Below are positions 36,019 through 49,280 of a DNA stretch of 64,000 bases, in pieces. Origin of the DNA: the human T2T-CHM13v2.0 reference genome, Homo sapiens. The DNA lies in assembly GCF_009914755.1 (NCBI RefSeq), contig NC_060946.1; one strand, 5' to 3'. Made by a program: the position numbers and the translations under genes. Every line of letters starts with the position of its first letter. Position 1 is the first letter of the stretch. A model generated the notes under the pieces. It was not told the origin of the DNA, searched no databases, and worked only from the letters and a program-made list of their open reading frames with translations.

Positions 36019-37981
36019 CTAAGATATGAGCGTTGGACTTTTTGGTGTGGAGGACCCAGATTCTATTCATCCTGTTTCGTGGACACCCCCAGGACAGGGA
36101 CCGGGTGGCCAGGCTTAAGCTGAGCCACAGGCACATCTGAGCTCCTGCTTGCAGGAATCAGAACAGCCCAAATAAACAATTTCGTTTTAAGCAAACCTGC
36201 AGCCACGATCCTACCTGTCAGGGTGATCTCCTGAAAGTCATGGGGTGTCTGTTTTAGTCTTGGGCACCAAGAGTCACAGCCCCAGGGCTGACCACTGATG
36301 GCATCGACGCCTGGAAACTGGCCTGCTTCCCCCACACCACACAGGACCCATGAACGACCAAGAACCACTGATCTGGTCTGAACCTCTTGCTTTAAGGGTG
36401 GGAAGGCCGAGACCCAGGGAGGCTGCCAGGGTCACACAGTCATCAAGCAGGGGTTTGAGCCCCAGCATGCTAGCCCCAGGAGCCAGGAACTCTGGTGCTG
36501 ACAGTGGGGTTCCCCAGGGCTGTTTCACCATCTCCTACTGGGTGACTACAGCTGGCAGATCTGGCATCAGACCCACGGCCTGGGGTCCCTGGCTGGACCA
36601 TACAATCTTCCTTCCCTGCAGGGGCCGCCTAGGGAGGCTGGCACACAGACCTGGACTCCTTAGCCCCTCTCCACAGGGGTCCCCATTTCAGCCTGAGAAT
36701 GCACACAGGCCATCAGGAGGCAGTGGCCAGGGCGTGAGGGTGGGCTCCAACCCAGGCCCAGAAAATGCCTTCATAGCTGTAAGGCTATACAGCTGCGGAA
36801 GACTTCGGGCAACAGCTCAGACTGAGTCCAATTCGAACCCGGGCCTTCCGTGTACACGCCGTGGGATTCGGGCAAATCATTCCTCTCCAGGACACCTCAA
36901 CCAAAGGTGTGAATGTCCACATCACCGGGAGGTTTAAGGAGGTAACACCATCTACCCAGCAGGGTGCTGGGGGGCCTCCTCGGGAGCTGTCACAGCTGAT
37001 CCTGGGTCCACAGTGAACAGAAAGTGGGTGTTGGGGGCAGAGTCTGGAGACGGGGACAGTGGACCACCAGGCTCTGTGACCCCGAGCCTCAGCTTCCCCA
37101 TCTGTGAAAGGACACCCAGCACCTTGATCTGTGGGCGCATGAAGCCCTAAGTGAGGGCCTGGCACACGCTAAGTGTTCAGCTCAACCAGCGAGTCACACT
37201 AACTGCGGAGACCAGGGCATTGCCAGGATTACTGGAGTTTGAAGGCCACATTTGCAGTGATCCCACCTGGGCTGGGGCTGATTGCTCTTCAGAGTTGCTG
37301 TGCCCAAAGGAGGGAGCAGATGGCACGTCAGGGAGGCAGCCCAGCCGTCACCCCCTTCAGGTGGGCAGCCAGGGTCCCTAGGGAGGCGCTAGGTGGAGGG
37401 CATAGGTGAGACACCCCATGGAAGCAGGCAGTAAGAAAGTCCAGGCCAAGGCCAGGGACAGGGCCTAACCTCTGAGACAGTGGGTCCTGCCCATGTACCC
37501 TATTTCCTGGCTGCCTGAGACCACAAAGAGCTGCAGCTCCCGAACACTCCCCACTTCTAATGCACTCTTAGCTGTACCCTGAGTGCAGCATCCTGGGCCA
37601 CCTCTCAGCGCTTGAGGTGCCTTTGCCCTCCCTGCCTGGTGGGAAATGGGTACATACAAGTCCCTGGCAAAAGGAGGGGCTGGGGCTTTTACAACACTCT
37701 TTTCAGGAACTGGAGCCAACATACAAAGATTTTGAGGGGTGGGAATCATGACACATATCAACATGCCTCAAATATACACATCAAGCTAATTTCCTCACCA
37801 GTTAAAGTGGCTGAAATGTGGTCTTCTCATTGAGCCAGGCCAGGAGGAAACTGATCCGGATCCCAGGAGATTAAAACACGTGCAAGTCAAACGGAAAGCT
37901 CAGAGAGTGCTGGCTGGGTCCTGAATTGAATTATGTTGCCTACAGCTGGTGCTGTAGTCGTAGGGCACTGCGGACCACTGA

Positions 37982-38696
<715 letters not shown>

Positions 38697-39828
38697 TTAT
38701 GAGACGCTAAGATTTCCTTCACTCCCACCAGGACCTGTGGCACAGGCCAGGCAGGCATGGAAAAGGCCAGATGAGGGACAGGCAGAGGGGCCCACAGTTA
38801 TATCCCGGCGGGGAGAGCATGGGCAAGCTTCTAGCCTGTCGAGGCAGAATCTTCGCCCATTTGGGCCAGGGGCTCATTCACCAGGACTGGTGGCAGAAGG
38901 AGACGGAGGGGTGGCATCAACTATGTTCGATGGGCAGGCCATGCTGGCCGGGTCCCAGGGCCTTGGGGAGAAATCAGCCTTCAAAGGAAAATGCCACAGA
39001 AACTAACAAGAGCCCAGTGCCATGAGAGCCCCAGGGAGACAGGCAGCGGGCAGGGGTGTTCGGGGAAGGCTTCCTGGAGGAAGACAGCCATTGCTGAGCC
39101 CTGAAGGGTGAGCCAGGCAGACAGTCCAAGAAACCGTCTTCCTGGCTGAGGGACGGCACGGAGATGAGCAGGAGCAAAGCCTGCTGAGCCACGCATGGGG
39201 CCACACAGCCATCGGCTTCAAACCGGCATTGGGTGAGTGGCCTTCTCCCAGAAGTTTCAGTCTTTTGCTCTAAAATGGGGTGATAGGGCCTGCCCTGTCC
39301 CCATAGGGCCCCTGCAGGCACTTCCCTGGGGCTCCCAGGAGCATAGCCCCTGCACCCACCCTCATCAAACCGACCTGCACTGAGCTCCAGCCCTGGTTTC
39401 CACTACCCTTTGTCCCTATTGATCCCTCATGCTCTCTTTGGGGCACATTGCCTAGATCACCCTCCTCCAAACTTCTCACCAGGAAACTCCTCTTCAGCCT
39501 ACTGAGGTGGCTGGCACCTCCTCCAGGGAGCCCTCCTGGTTGTTCAAGGTAACCTTAGATGCTCCCTTCCCTTGCCTCCACACACCTTCTGCCTTCCCAT
39601 CTCAGCCTGGACCCACTGCACAGTGTCCGTCTCTGTCTCTTCAGGAGCAGCTTCTGGGAAGGTCTTGGGCCAGTGCTGTTGCACTCTACCTTCCCCTAAC
39701 ACCTCGAGTGCAGAGCGGTGCCTGAGGTACTTGTGGGAGACACACAAACATGGCCGCGGCTACCATGGGCTACCCAGTGATGACCATTGAGAGGGCTTCT
39801 TTGGCAAATGTTGTTGTTCTTGTTAGCG

Positions 39829-40816
39829 ATGATGATGGTGGTGGTGGTAGTGAAGGTGATGGTGGAGGTGATGGTAATGATGGTGGTGATGGTGACGATG
39901 GTGGTGGTGGTGGAGGTGATGGTGGAGGTGATGGTAATGATGGTGGTGATGGAATGATGGTGGTGGTGGAGGTGATGGAATGATGGTGGTGATGGTGATG
40001 CTGGTGGTGATGGTGGAGGTGATGGTAATGATGGCGGTGATGGTGATGATGGTGATGATGGTGGTGATGGTGGAGGTGATGATAATGATGGTGGTGATGG
40101 TGATGATGGTGGTGGTGGTGGTGGAGGTGATGGAATGATGGTGGTGGTGGTGGAGGTGATGGTGGAGGTGATTTTAATGATGGTGATAATGGTGATGGTG
40201 GTGGAGATGGTGGTTATGATTGTGATGGAGGTGGTGATGAAAGTAAGGGGGTTAATGGTGGAAGAAGTGGTAGTGGTAGGGGTGGGGGTGATGGCAATGA
40301 TGGTGGTGATGGTGGTGATGGTGATGGTGATGATGATGATGATGGTGGTGGTAATGGTGGTGATGGTGGAGGTGATAGTAATGATGGTGGAGGTGATGGC
40401 GATGATTGTGGTGATGGTGGTGATGGTGGAGGTGATAGTAATGATGGTGGAGGTGATGGAGGTTATGGTTATGGGGTGGTGGTGGAGATGATGGGGGAGG
40501 TGATAACAATGATGGTGATGGTGCTGGAGGTGATGGTGATGGTGGTGGTGGTGGTGGAAGTGGTGGTTATGATAGTGATGGAGGTGGTGATGGAGGTGGG
40601 GGGTTGACGGTGGAGGAAGTGGTAGTGGTGGTGGTGGAGGTGATAATGATGGTGATGGTGATGGAGGTTATGGTTATGGTGATGGTGGTGATGGTGGTGG
40701 TGGTGATGGTGGAAGTGATAATAATGATGGTGATGGTGCTGGAGGTGATAGTGATGGTGATGGTGGTGATGATGGAGGTAGGGGGTTTGACGGTGGAGGA
40801 AGTGGTAGTGGTGGTG
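39829..40816 (+). repeat. (GGT/GAT)n degenerate trinucleotide repeat, ~1 kb
   Basis: GGT, GAT and GGA triplets. Source of the poly-His and M/V pseudo-ORFs. Confidence 0.97.
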
Positions 40817-41577
40817 TTTTTGTTGGTAGTAGTGCTGTTTTAGAGAATTAAAAAGAGGAAGAAGATCTCTTCTCCACCCACTGGGTCCAGTTTGGAACCT
40901 GGACATGCCCTCATCATGTTACAGTCTCTGGACATCAGCTGCCCTCTTGGCCATCAATTTTCCATGGAAGTGATGGGGTGATGGGGTGGGGTGCTAGGTG
41001 ACCTCAGGGCACTCTTCTCAGTCCTGGGGTCCCAGGACCTCTTTTCTGTTGGGGGAGGGGAGGGGTCATTCTCTCCTTAGTGGGTAGAGTCGGGACCAGA
41101 GTTGCAGATCAACAGCTGGGCAGTAAAAGTGGGGGAGGCCAGCCCGTGCTCTCACAGCTGCCTGAGCCTGCAAGCCAGCAAGGGGCCTGTGCCGGGCTGG
41201 AGTCCACATGTCCCTTGCAAAGGATGGCCTGGCTCCCTGTGAGAGGAGGACGCAGGGGCAGCTCTGAGGTGAGGCTGGTGATATCCAGGGCCTCGGGGCA
41301 CAAAAGCTCCTTCCTGGGACCCCGCCGACCCCATTTCCACCTCCTGACCAGACCCCGAAGATCGAGCCTGAACGCGGGGCCTCCCGGTCCCAGGATCCAC
41401 TGCACGATGGGGCAGTGACACCAGCGCCTCCTGAGAAACTGGAGGTCTTTCCCCCAGGCCCCCAGGATTCACGTAGCTCTTCATCCCCAGCCAGTCCCTG
41501 GCCTCTGGCCCTTCACCCTGTCCTTAACCTTGGGGTCGGCTCTGGTTCCTCCGCCTCATCCCTGACAATGCCCAGCA

Positions 41578-41596
41578 TGCCCACCAGAGGGCGCTC
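41578..41596 (+). promoter_or_regulatory. CTCF motif
   Basis: TGCCCACCAGAGGGCGCTC closely matches the CTCF core CCACCAGRGGGCGC. Confidence 0.65.
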
Positions 41597-43040
41597 AAGG
41601 GCAGGGAAAGGACCTGGTTTGTGCCAGGCCTTGGCATGGGAGCCGAGACTCCTGGGACAAGGGGAGTCTGTCCCGCCCGTGGGAGACACAGGGCAGGAGA
41701 GTGCGGGATCTGGATTCCCAAAGACCCAGCTTCCAAGCCACTAGGCCGTATGACTCTGGCAAGTCCCTCGCCCCTCCGTAGTACTGCCTGCCTGGGGGGC
41801 TTCAAGGAGGGCCCGGTAGGACCGGGGGACACTTGGCTGCACCTCTATCCCATGTGGGGAGACTGAGGCCAGGTGGGGACATGGTGTCTGGGGCCTTTGC
41901 TGTCCCCATGAGAAGTAGGGTGAGTTTTTGAATCTGCAGTCCCCAGGGGGCTGAGGGGTCTGCAGGTCCCAGAAGCACCCCCTTGGCCGCCCAGGACACA
42001 CAGCACACCGCAGCAGCCAGGCCCAGCCCCGAGGTGGCGAGAGAGGAGGTGTGGACAGGCCCTGTTCTGTTCCTCCATCCCCCTGGGTGCACGCCGGGAC
42101 TGTTTCTCCTCAGCTTCTGTGAGCGGTGAGGAACCTCAGGGTGCAAGTGTCTGGTGTGTCCCTGTGGCCGCTTCTCCCGACTTACACGCAGGAGGGGACC
42201 TGTTCCTGTCCATGCCATGGTGGCTCTGGCTCTCTCTTCGGTGTCCACAGTGGCTGCACCATTTCACCTTCCCACCAGCAAGCGTGTGCACAGGCTCCAA
42301 TCTCTCCACGCCCTCCCCTGCTCTCTCCGGCTGTGTGATTCTTCACTGTGGTTGCTGTCACAGCATCAGTGACAGTGAGTCGGTGCCGCACTGTGCTCCG
42401 TTCCTTCTCACGGCTGATTCCCACCCTGTTCTCTTCCCCCCCGGGAGCTCACGCTCAGGAGGGAGAGGGCTCCGGAAGCCACAGCCCCGCACCATGAGTG
42501 GCCAGGGCGAGGGAGCGGTGGGCCAGCAGGCAGGGGCGAGCTCGATGCCTCAAGGAAGGCTCCAGAGTTCACTCATTCCGTGAGTGTCAACCAACAAGCA
42601 GCTCCCTGCGGGCCTTATGTGCCAGGCCTGGGCTGAGAGGCTCTGAAGTTACCAAAATCAGCACCAAAGTGTAGCAGTCCCCCTCAGTCCATGAATTGCT
42701 AAATCAAGCTCAGAGTCTAGCGGGAGAGACAGACCGGTCGGCCAGACAGACAGACAGACAGACCACCCTCCTCCAAGCTGGAAGGCACCTGATGCAACAG
42801 GGAGCGCCGAAGGCAGATCAGGGAGGGCTTCCCTGAGGCGATGCCACTTGGCTGAGTCTGAGAGGCGAGGAGGGGATAGCTGGGCCCTGGGAACCACCTG
42901 CGGGCCCAGGGTAAGTTCCACGTAACGCCCCGGGGGTGACACTTGGGTCAAAAGGAGGTCAGCAGCAGGCAGGGCTGGGCCTGAGGCCTGGGACAGAGCT
43001 GAGTCCTGGCCTATGGCAGTGGGGCCAGGGCAGGCACCAG

Positions 43041-43190
43041 GACCTCCAGGGTGCCCCGGTCCAGGGAAGGGACCTCCAGGGTGCCCCGGTCCAAGGAGGG
43101 GACCTCCAGGGTGCTCCGGTCCAGGGAGGGGACCTCCAGGCCATCCCAGTCCAGGGAGGAGAGCTCCAGGCCGCCCCCATCCAGGGAGGG
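43041..43190 (+). repeat. 30-bp minisatellite, 5 copies
   Basis: gacctccagggtgccccggtccagggaggg units start at 43041, 43071, 43101, 43131 and 43161. Confidence 0.93.
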
Positions 43191-43477
43191 CTGCTTGACT
43201 CTGGTCTCTGCTCCCTGCGCTGACTCAGAGGGCCGGTTCCGCTTTGTGGAGCTCAGTGGGGCCGCCCTCCTGCTCCACGGCCTGGTGGCCGGCTGTGGTC
43301 TATGCTGAGGAAGGGGAAGCCCAGGTCCATGCTGCCTGCCCAGGACCTCTCTGCAGAGCCTGCCTCTTCTCTTGGCCCAGGTCTGGCATCGGGGTGGGCT
43401 CCTGCAGCGGCCCCGCCCGTCCGGAGTATTTCCAGGGCCAGGGAGACGGGCAAGCACACAGGCACGTTGCGATGGGT

Positions 43478-43525
43478 GATGGAGGGGCGTGCAGGCGATG
43501 GAGGGGTGTGCAGGCGATGGAGGGG
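43478..43525 (+). repeat. 19-bp tandem repeat, 2.5 copies
   Basis: gatggaggggYgtgcaggc repeated. Confidence 0.85.
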
Positions 43526-46500
43526 CCCACGCCACGTGGGTAGGCAGGGCCTGGGAGAAAGGGTGCCCAGGGACCACAGGAGCTGAGCCCTGAGGGTTCA
43601 GGGGAGAGTGCCAGGAGGGGGAGTAGGCAGGAGAGGAGGAACAAGAATGACTGAGGGGACCTCAGGACCCAGACAGGAAATCATAGCACAGGTCAGGGCC
43701 CATGTCTGGGGAGAGGGGACAGGAAGGGCTCTAAGGCAAGGATGGAGAGGCAGGCAGGCCACGGGAGGCCTCTGGACTGAGACCCAGATGCAGCAGGCTT
43801 GAGGGACCTCAAGAGAGGGCACTGCAGGCAGGGGCCCAGCCGTGCAAAGGCCCTGTGGCAGGAGGGCTGAGGTGCCACCCACACAGCCCGAGGGCAAGGG
43901 CTGCAGGAGAAGGGAGAGATGAGGTAGAGATTTTCCCAGGGCCATCCCTCCCAACTCGACCCCCTCCCCAACGGGGTCCCAGGGCCCTGCCATTTTAAGG
44001 CTGAAAGAAACCAGTTTGACTCAAACTGGAGGCATCTCCTCTGGGAATCTACAGCCCTAAATCACAGCGCCTGGGCAGCGAGTTCACTTCAGGACACACT
44101 GGTCTTCTGAGTTCTGTCTTCCTGTGTAGCTGGGGGGGATGGACAGCCCTGGCCCCGGGCCACTGTTCCCCGCCAGCGCATTGTCTGCCAGGCCAGCGGC
44201 GGAAGCAGCAGCTGCTGGGGCAGGCGGAGCCTGCTGGAGGAAGCCAGGGCCCCCCTAACCCCCGCCCTCCGCTGTCTCCACTTGCCCCACCCCCTCCACC
44301 ACTGGAACCTGGGGGACAGAGGCTGGGCATGGAGACCCGCCCTGCCTCCAGCACGGGCCCCCCCAACGCTGGCCAGAACCCTCCCTGTCCTTCCACCCAC
44401 CCAACTCAGCCCAGTCCCCTGTAGACTCTCAGGACCATCTGGTTTTCCAGCTTGTGGGTGACTGACCCACAGTTGCCCAGACTAGATGTCGGCCACCTCT
44501 CCGCCCAGAGGGAGGGGAAGAGAGAAAAGCCAAAGCCTAGTTTACAAGGGAAGTGACTCCAGGCCTGGTTGCCTCCTCCTCCCCAAAGAAAAAGAGTTCA
44601 GCTACTGGCCCTGTGGGAATCTGGACCCCAGACCTCAGGGGCAGGGACTGGGTGGATGCAGAGGTCAAACCTGGGAACCTGTAATGGTTCCCTGGTCCCA
44701 ACGGCACCTGCCCTGAGCTGAGCCCTGAGCCTGACTCTACAGTCCCAACCCACCACCCTGTGCCCCCTACCCCTCCCCAACCCCAACTCTCGAAGCCAGG
44801 GTCACCGGACACTTCCCTCATCCTTTGAGGAAAGATGGTGAAGCCTCAGAGGCGGGAAATGGATTCAATTGTCCACAGCTGAATGTGTATGATCCTGTTC
44901 AGGTGTGAAAACTGAGTCAGTTCAGTGCCCGGTGGCACCTGACATTCACAGCATCCCTGTTGGAGTGCCCGCCTTGGACGCCATCTGTCCAGGCAGGTGT
45001 CCTCTGCGGGCTCTTGTTCCAGGCTGGCACGGCTGCCAAGTCCCCTTAATGGGCCAAGTCCCTCTGGATCACCCAACGCCTGGGTCACTGCTCCTGCGGC
45101 CACTCCTGGACCTGCCGCTCCTCATCCCCACCCCTCACCAGGGCCCAGCTGTGCACCTGTGCACAGCTCCCGCTGGCTGAGTTCCCCCAGGCAGTGGGCA
45201 CAGGCCAGCCCTGCCCGGCCCGCAGAGCCCACCCTCTCCTGTCCTGAGGATCTGAGAGCCCTCTTAGCCTGGTCCCTTCCCCAGGGCTGGCAGCAGTGCC
45301 CCCCCAGGGGCCCTGGCTCTTTGTCTCCTCAGGGACATTGTTTGGAACGTAGACTCCTGTTGGCCAGGGATCTGGTTTCTAGACTCTTCTTTTGCTGTTT
45401 TCCTTCAAACGTTAGCCACGCTTTTCAAAGTATACTTTAACCTCAGACGCTGGCCGGCATCTCCATCGTCCCTTGCTGGGTACTGCCCTTGACCGTGCAG
45501 CTGCCTGGGGCTGGAGGAGGTGCAACCTTGGGGAGAAAGTCACATCCCTTCACCAGGCAAGGACAGCCAAGCCCACTGCCAGAGGAGTCATTGGGTTCAA
45601 GTAAATAATCAAATTGGAATTGTGTGTTCAATGTAAGCATCAGAGAGCCTGCTGTGCACCCTCCCCCCCATAACCTTCTGTGGCTCCCTGTCGCCTCCCT
45701 GAAGGCCTTGCTCTTCAGCACAGCACACTTGAGCCTCTGGGTCTTATTTCTCCCCTGTTCCCCCTCCTCAGGCACATGGGAGCCATGCCTCGTGCCTTTG
45801 TCATGTGGGCCCCTCTGCCCGATCGGCACAGGCTCACAGGGCCAGGTTCAAAGGACCTTCTAGACTCTTTGGCTTCAGAGGGGCTGTCCACACACCTGGC
45901 CAAACTGCTCCTCACAGCCACCTTTCCATCTGCTCTCCCCTGCCTTCCTTGCCCTGGCTAACCCTACTCAGCCCTCAGGTCTCACCACCTCCTCCGGGCA
46001 GCCTCTCCTGACAGCCTCCACCAGCCCCCAGACTCCCACAGCCCCCAGACTCCCGCAGAGGCCTGAGGTGCCATCTAGGGGCATTGTCCAATGACAGGGG
46101 ACAGCTCAGAGGTGGGGGGATGTTCTGTATGCACTCCCTGCCTGCTGAGCTCAGGAGCCTGGGGGCCAGGCAGTTGGAGAAGCAGACAAGCAAATCAACA
46201 GCAGAAATAGAAATGACACTGACAGCTACCACCTGGCACCTGCCTTAGAAAATGCATTGAGCACAAAGGAAACAGACGTGCAGGCGGCCAGGCGACATTG
46301 ACACTGCGTGGAGTAGGGGACAGGGATTCAAAGCCCAGGCTCCGGTGGGCGCGTCCCAGGCACCTGCTGCCGCGCTTCCCAGAGAGTGAAATTCGCCACT
46401 GTGGGGTGGGGGCATCTTAAGGGTTGTAGAAACCAAGGAGCTCAAAGGAAGGAGCCAGGGGTCGCCTTGTCCAGAAGGGATTTGGGGGTGCAGCAAAGAT

Positions 46501-48973
46501 GCCGCAGAACATCAGAACATGTATTTAAAAGTAGAGGTGAAAGACCAAGGGAACGGGGAGAGAAGGTAGGTCTAAGTGGAGGCAGAGATAGGCCCACGGC
46601 TTTGGCTCCAAGCTTCCCAGTGGCAGAGGCAAAAAGGGAAAGGGGCAGTTTACACAAATTACTATTCTATGGGTACAATTAAAAGGCACCACATCCTACT
46701 CCTGATGCTTCCCTTCCATGGCGGACTGGGGATGGCACAGGAAAAGAGCGTGTGGAATTCCTTCCCATCCTGTACATGTTCGGAGCATTGCACTCTCCCG
46801 GGCTCTGGGGCTTCCAGGTGAAACAGCCCCTACCTGCCAGGCCCTCAGCCCGTACCTGTGACAGCCCCCTGCTTCGTCCTCACAACAGCCTGGGCACTTG
46901 AGGTTGGGGTCTCAGCTGTCACTCTTCCAACCCTATAAATGAGGAGGTGGAAGGAAAGAAGCCAGCACTTCATGAGGACATGGTGGTCTGTCTGCCCATG
47001 ATGCAGACGCCGGCTTTGTGCAGGGACCCCATTCCTCAGCCCCACATGTGTGCACCTCTTTGGCCGGACCTGTCCTCCCATCCAGGTGCCTCCCAGATGA
47101 GGGGCCTGTGCTGAGGGACTTGGTTTTGTGTCTAGTGGCTGCTCCTAGCACCCTCACCTCTGTCCTCACCCAACCACTGGCCAGCTGGGCTCCTGCCTCC
47201 CTGCAGGTAGGGCAGGTGCGGAGGGAGCATAGCCCTGAGCATCCAGTCTTTTCAGTCTGGCCAACCCCCAACCCAGTGGCTCTGAAGGTGCCTGGAGAAC
47301 CAACAGCTCAGGACCCCGCTGGGCAGACCAGGCCTCTCACGTGGCTGTAAGAGAAAGTTCCTCCACCCCACCCTACCCCTCGATGTCTCCTGCCCCTTCC
47401 ACCCTGGGCAGATGATGGCTCCATACAGGCCAAGCCTGGATGCAGGTGGATCCAGGCCAAGGACACGGGGGTCCCCTGGAGTGAGCACAGATGGTGGCAT
47501 TCGTTTGACCTGCTGTGGCCTCTAGAGCCCCGAGCCACGTGGGCCAGAAGGTGCAAGAGTGTTCAGGGGAGACCAGGGAAGCCTTGGGGCTTCTCCAGTT
47601 ACCCCAAAACATAGACGCTGACAACAGCCACTTTCTTATGCTCCATGGGTCATAGTGGGAGTGCCTGGTTTCTGTTCCCCCCAGTGGGGGCCTCAGCTAG
47701 AGGGAGCTCCAGGGCTGGGCCAGAATCAAGGTTTCCTCACTTGGTATCATCTGAGCTCCACCAGCCAGCACCCCTGGAGAGCCAGGCAGATGCAGGGGCT
47801 TTCCCAGCCCAGCCCAGTGCTCACATGGCACCTCCACCACCCACTCACGGGGTGGTCACAGGCCCAGTTGACCCAGGGGAGAAGCATTAGCACCACCCTG
47901 GATGGGGCATGGTGTGGCTCTAGGAGACGCCTTGGATGGGAGATCCAGCCCTTCCACAGCATCCTCCACTCCTGTATCAGGAAATCCGCCCTTTGCCCTG
48001 GCAGCTTTGCCTGTCCCTCACTGGAACATGCTCCAGCCACCAGGCTTGCATCTTCAGAGCCCCGCTGCCGCTTTTCTCTATGCCTTCCCAGCCCCTCACT
48101 GCACCTGCTCCAGCTGGCCCAGAGGCCGACCCTGTGGGCACGTTTGCCAGCTCCCTGTGCTGGGACCTGTCCGTGGCCTCTGCCGGCGCGAGGCACTGGC
48201 AGGAGGCCTAAGGGTCCCTGCCACCAGTGGCTGCAGCTACCTCCCCGTTTGGCCACCAGCCCCAGAGAACGGCTCCTTCCCTCCTAGCTTTTCCTGAGCT
48301 GGGCCCACGCCTTTGTCCTGTTTTTAAACGCTCCTCAAGTGGCCCAAATTAAGGGGCCACACTATCTGCTTCCCCCAGGGAGCCAAGAGGGCTGCCAGCT
48401 GTCACTCGTGGGACTCCGGCCAAGGGGCCCCTTAAGACTTCCATGGAGAAGAGCTGCTTTGAGACGGTCACTGCCCTCGTGCTGGCTCAGTGGGGACAGG
48501 GCTGCAGGGTCTAACTCCAGAAAGACTCGGCCCCAGCAGGGGAGCCGGCGCCAACCAGACAGCTGAATCAACAGCCACCGCCATGGGTCCAGGCCCCCTG
48601 CAGCCTGGCGGCCCCACACGCAGGACTGGGGGCTGCTCAAGGCCAAGGGTGGGGCTGTACTCCTCAGTGGTGACGGCAGCAGCCCCCTACCCCCTTGCCC
48701 ACCCTGGCTCCTGTGTCCCACAGTGAGGTCTCTCCGGTGCACAGCCTGGGTGAGGGGTTGGTGGGTCCAGATGGCACATTCAGACCCTACATCCCCAGCC
48801 TAGCAGAGCAGGGGGCGTCAAAGGGGAAGGAGCAGTGGGGGGAGGAACGAGGGGTGGGGGTGTGCTTTGGAAGCCTTGAGAGTTGCCCTGAAGGCTTGAA
48901 CCGCCCCCAGGGCCAGCAGGAGAGCCATTACCATAACCAGGCAGGCTCCCCTTTTAAGAAAACTGCCCTGGTG

Positions 48974-49280
48974 GGCTGGTTGCGGTGGCTCACGCCTGTA
49001 ATCCCAGCACTTTGGGAGGCTGAAGCAGGCAGATCACGAGGTCAGGAGTTCGAGACCAGCCTGACCAGCATGGTGAAACCCCATCTCTACTAAAAGTACA
49101 AATAATTAGCCGGGCATGGTGGCGCGTGCTTGTAGTCTCAGCTACTCAGGAGGCTGAGGCAGGAGAATTGCTTGAACCCGGCAGGCGGAGGTTGCAGTGA
49201 CCCGAGATCGTGCCACCGCACTTCGGCCTGGGCGAGTGAGACTCCGTCTCAAAAAAAAAAAAAAAAAAAAGAAAAAGAAA
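48974..49280 (+). mobile_element. Alu (AluS)
   Basis: 18-bp TSD aagaaaactgccctggtg at 48956-48973 and 49275-49292. Confidence 0.95.

Noticed and set aside
40135-40906. Poly-His and Met/Val-rich ORFs
   Set aside because: Translation of the GGT/GAT repeat.
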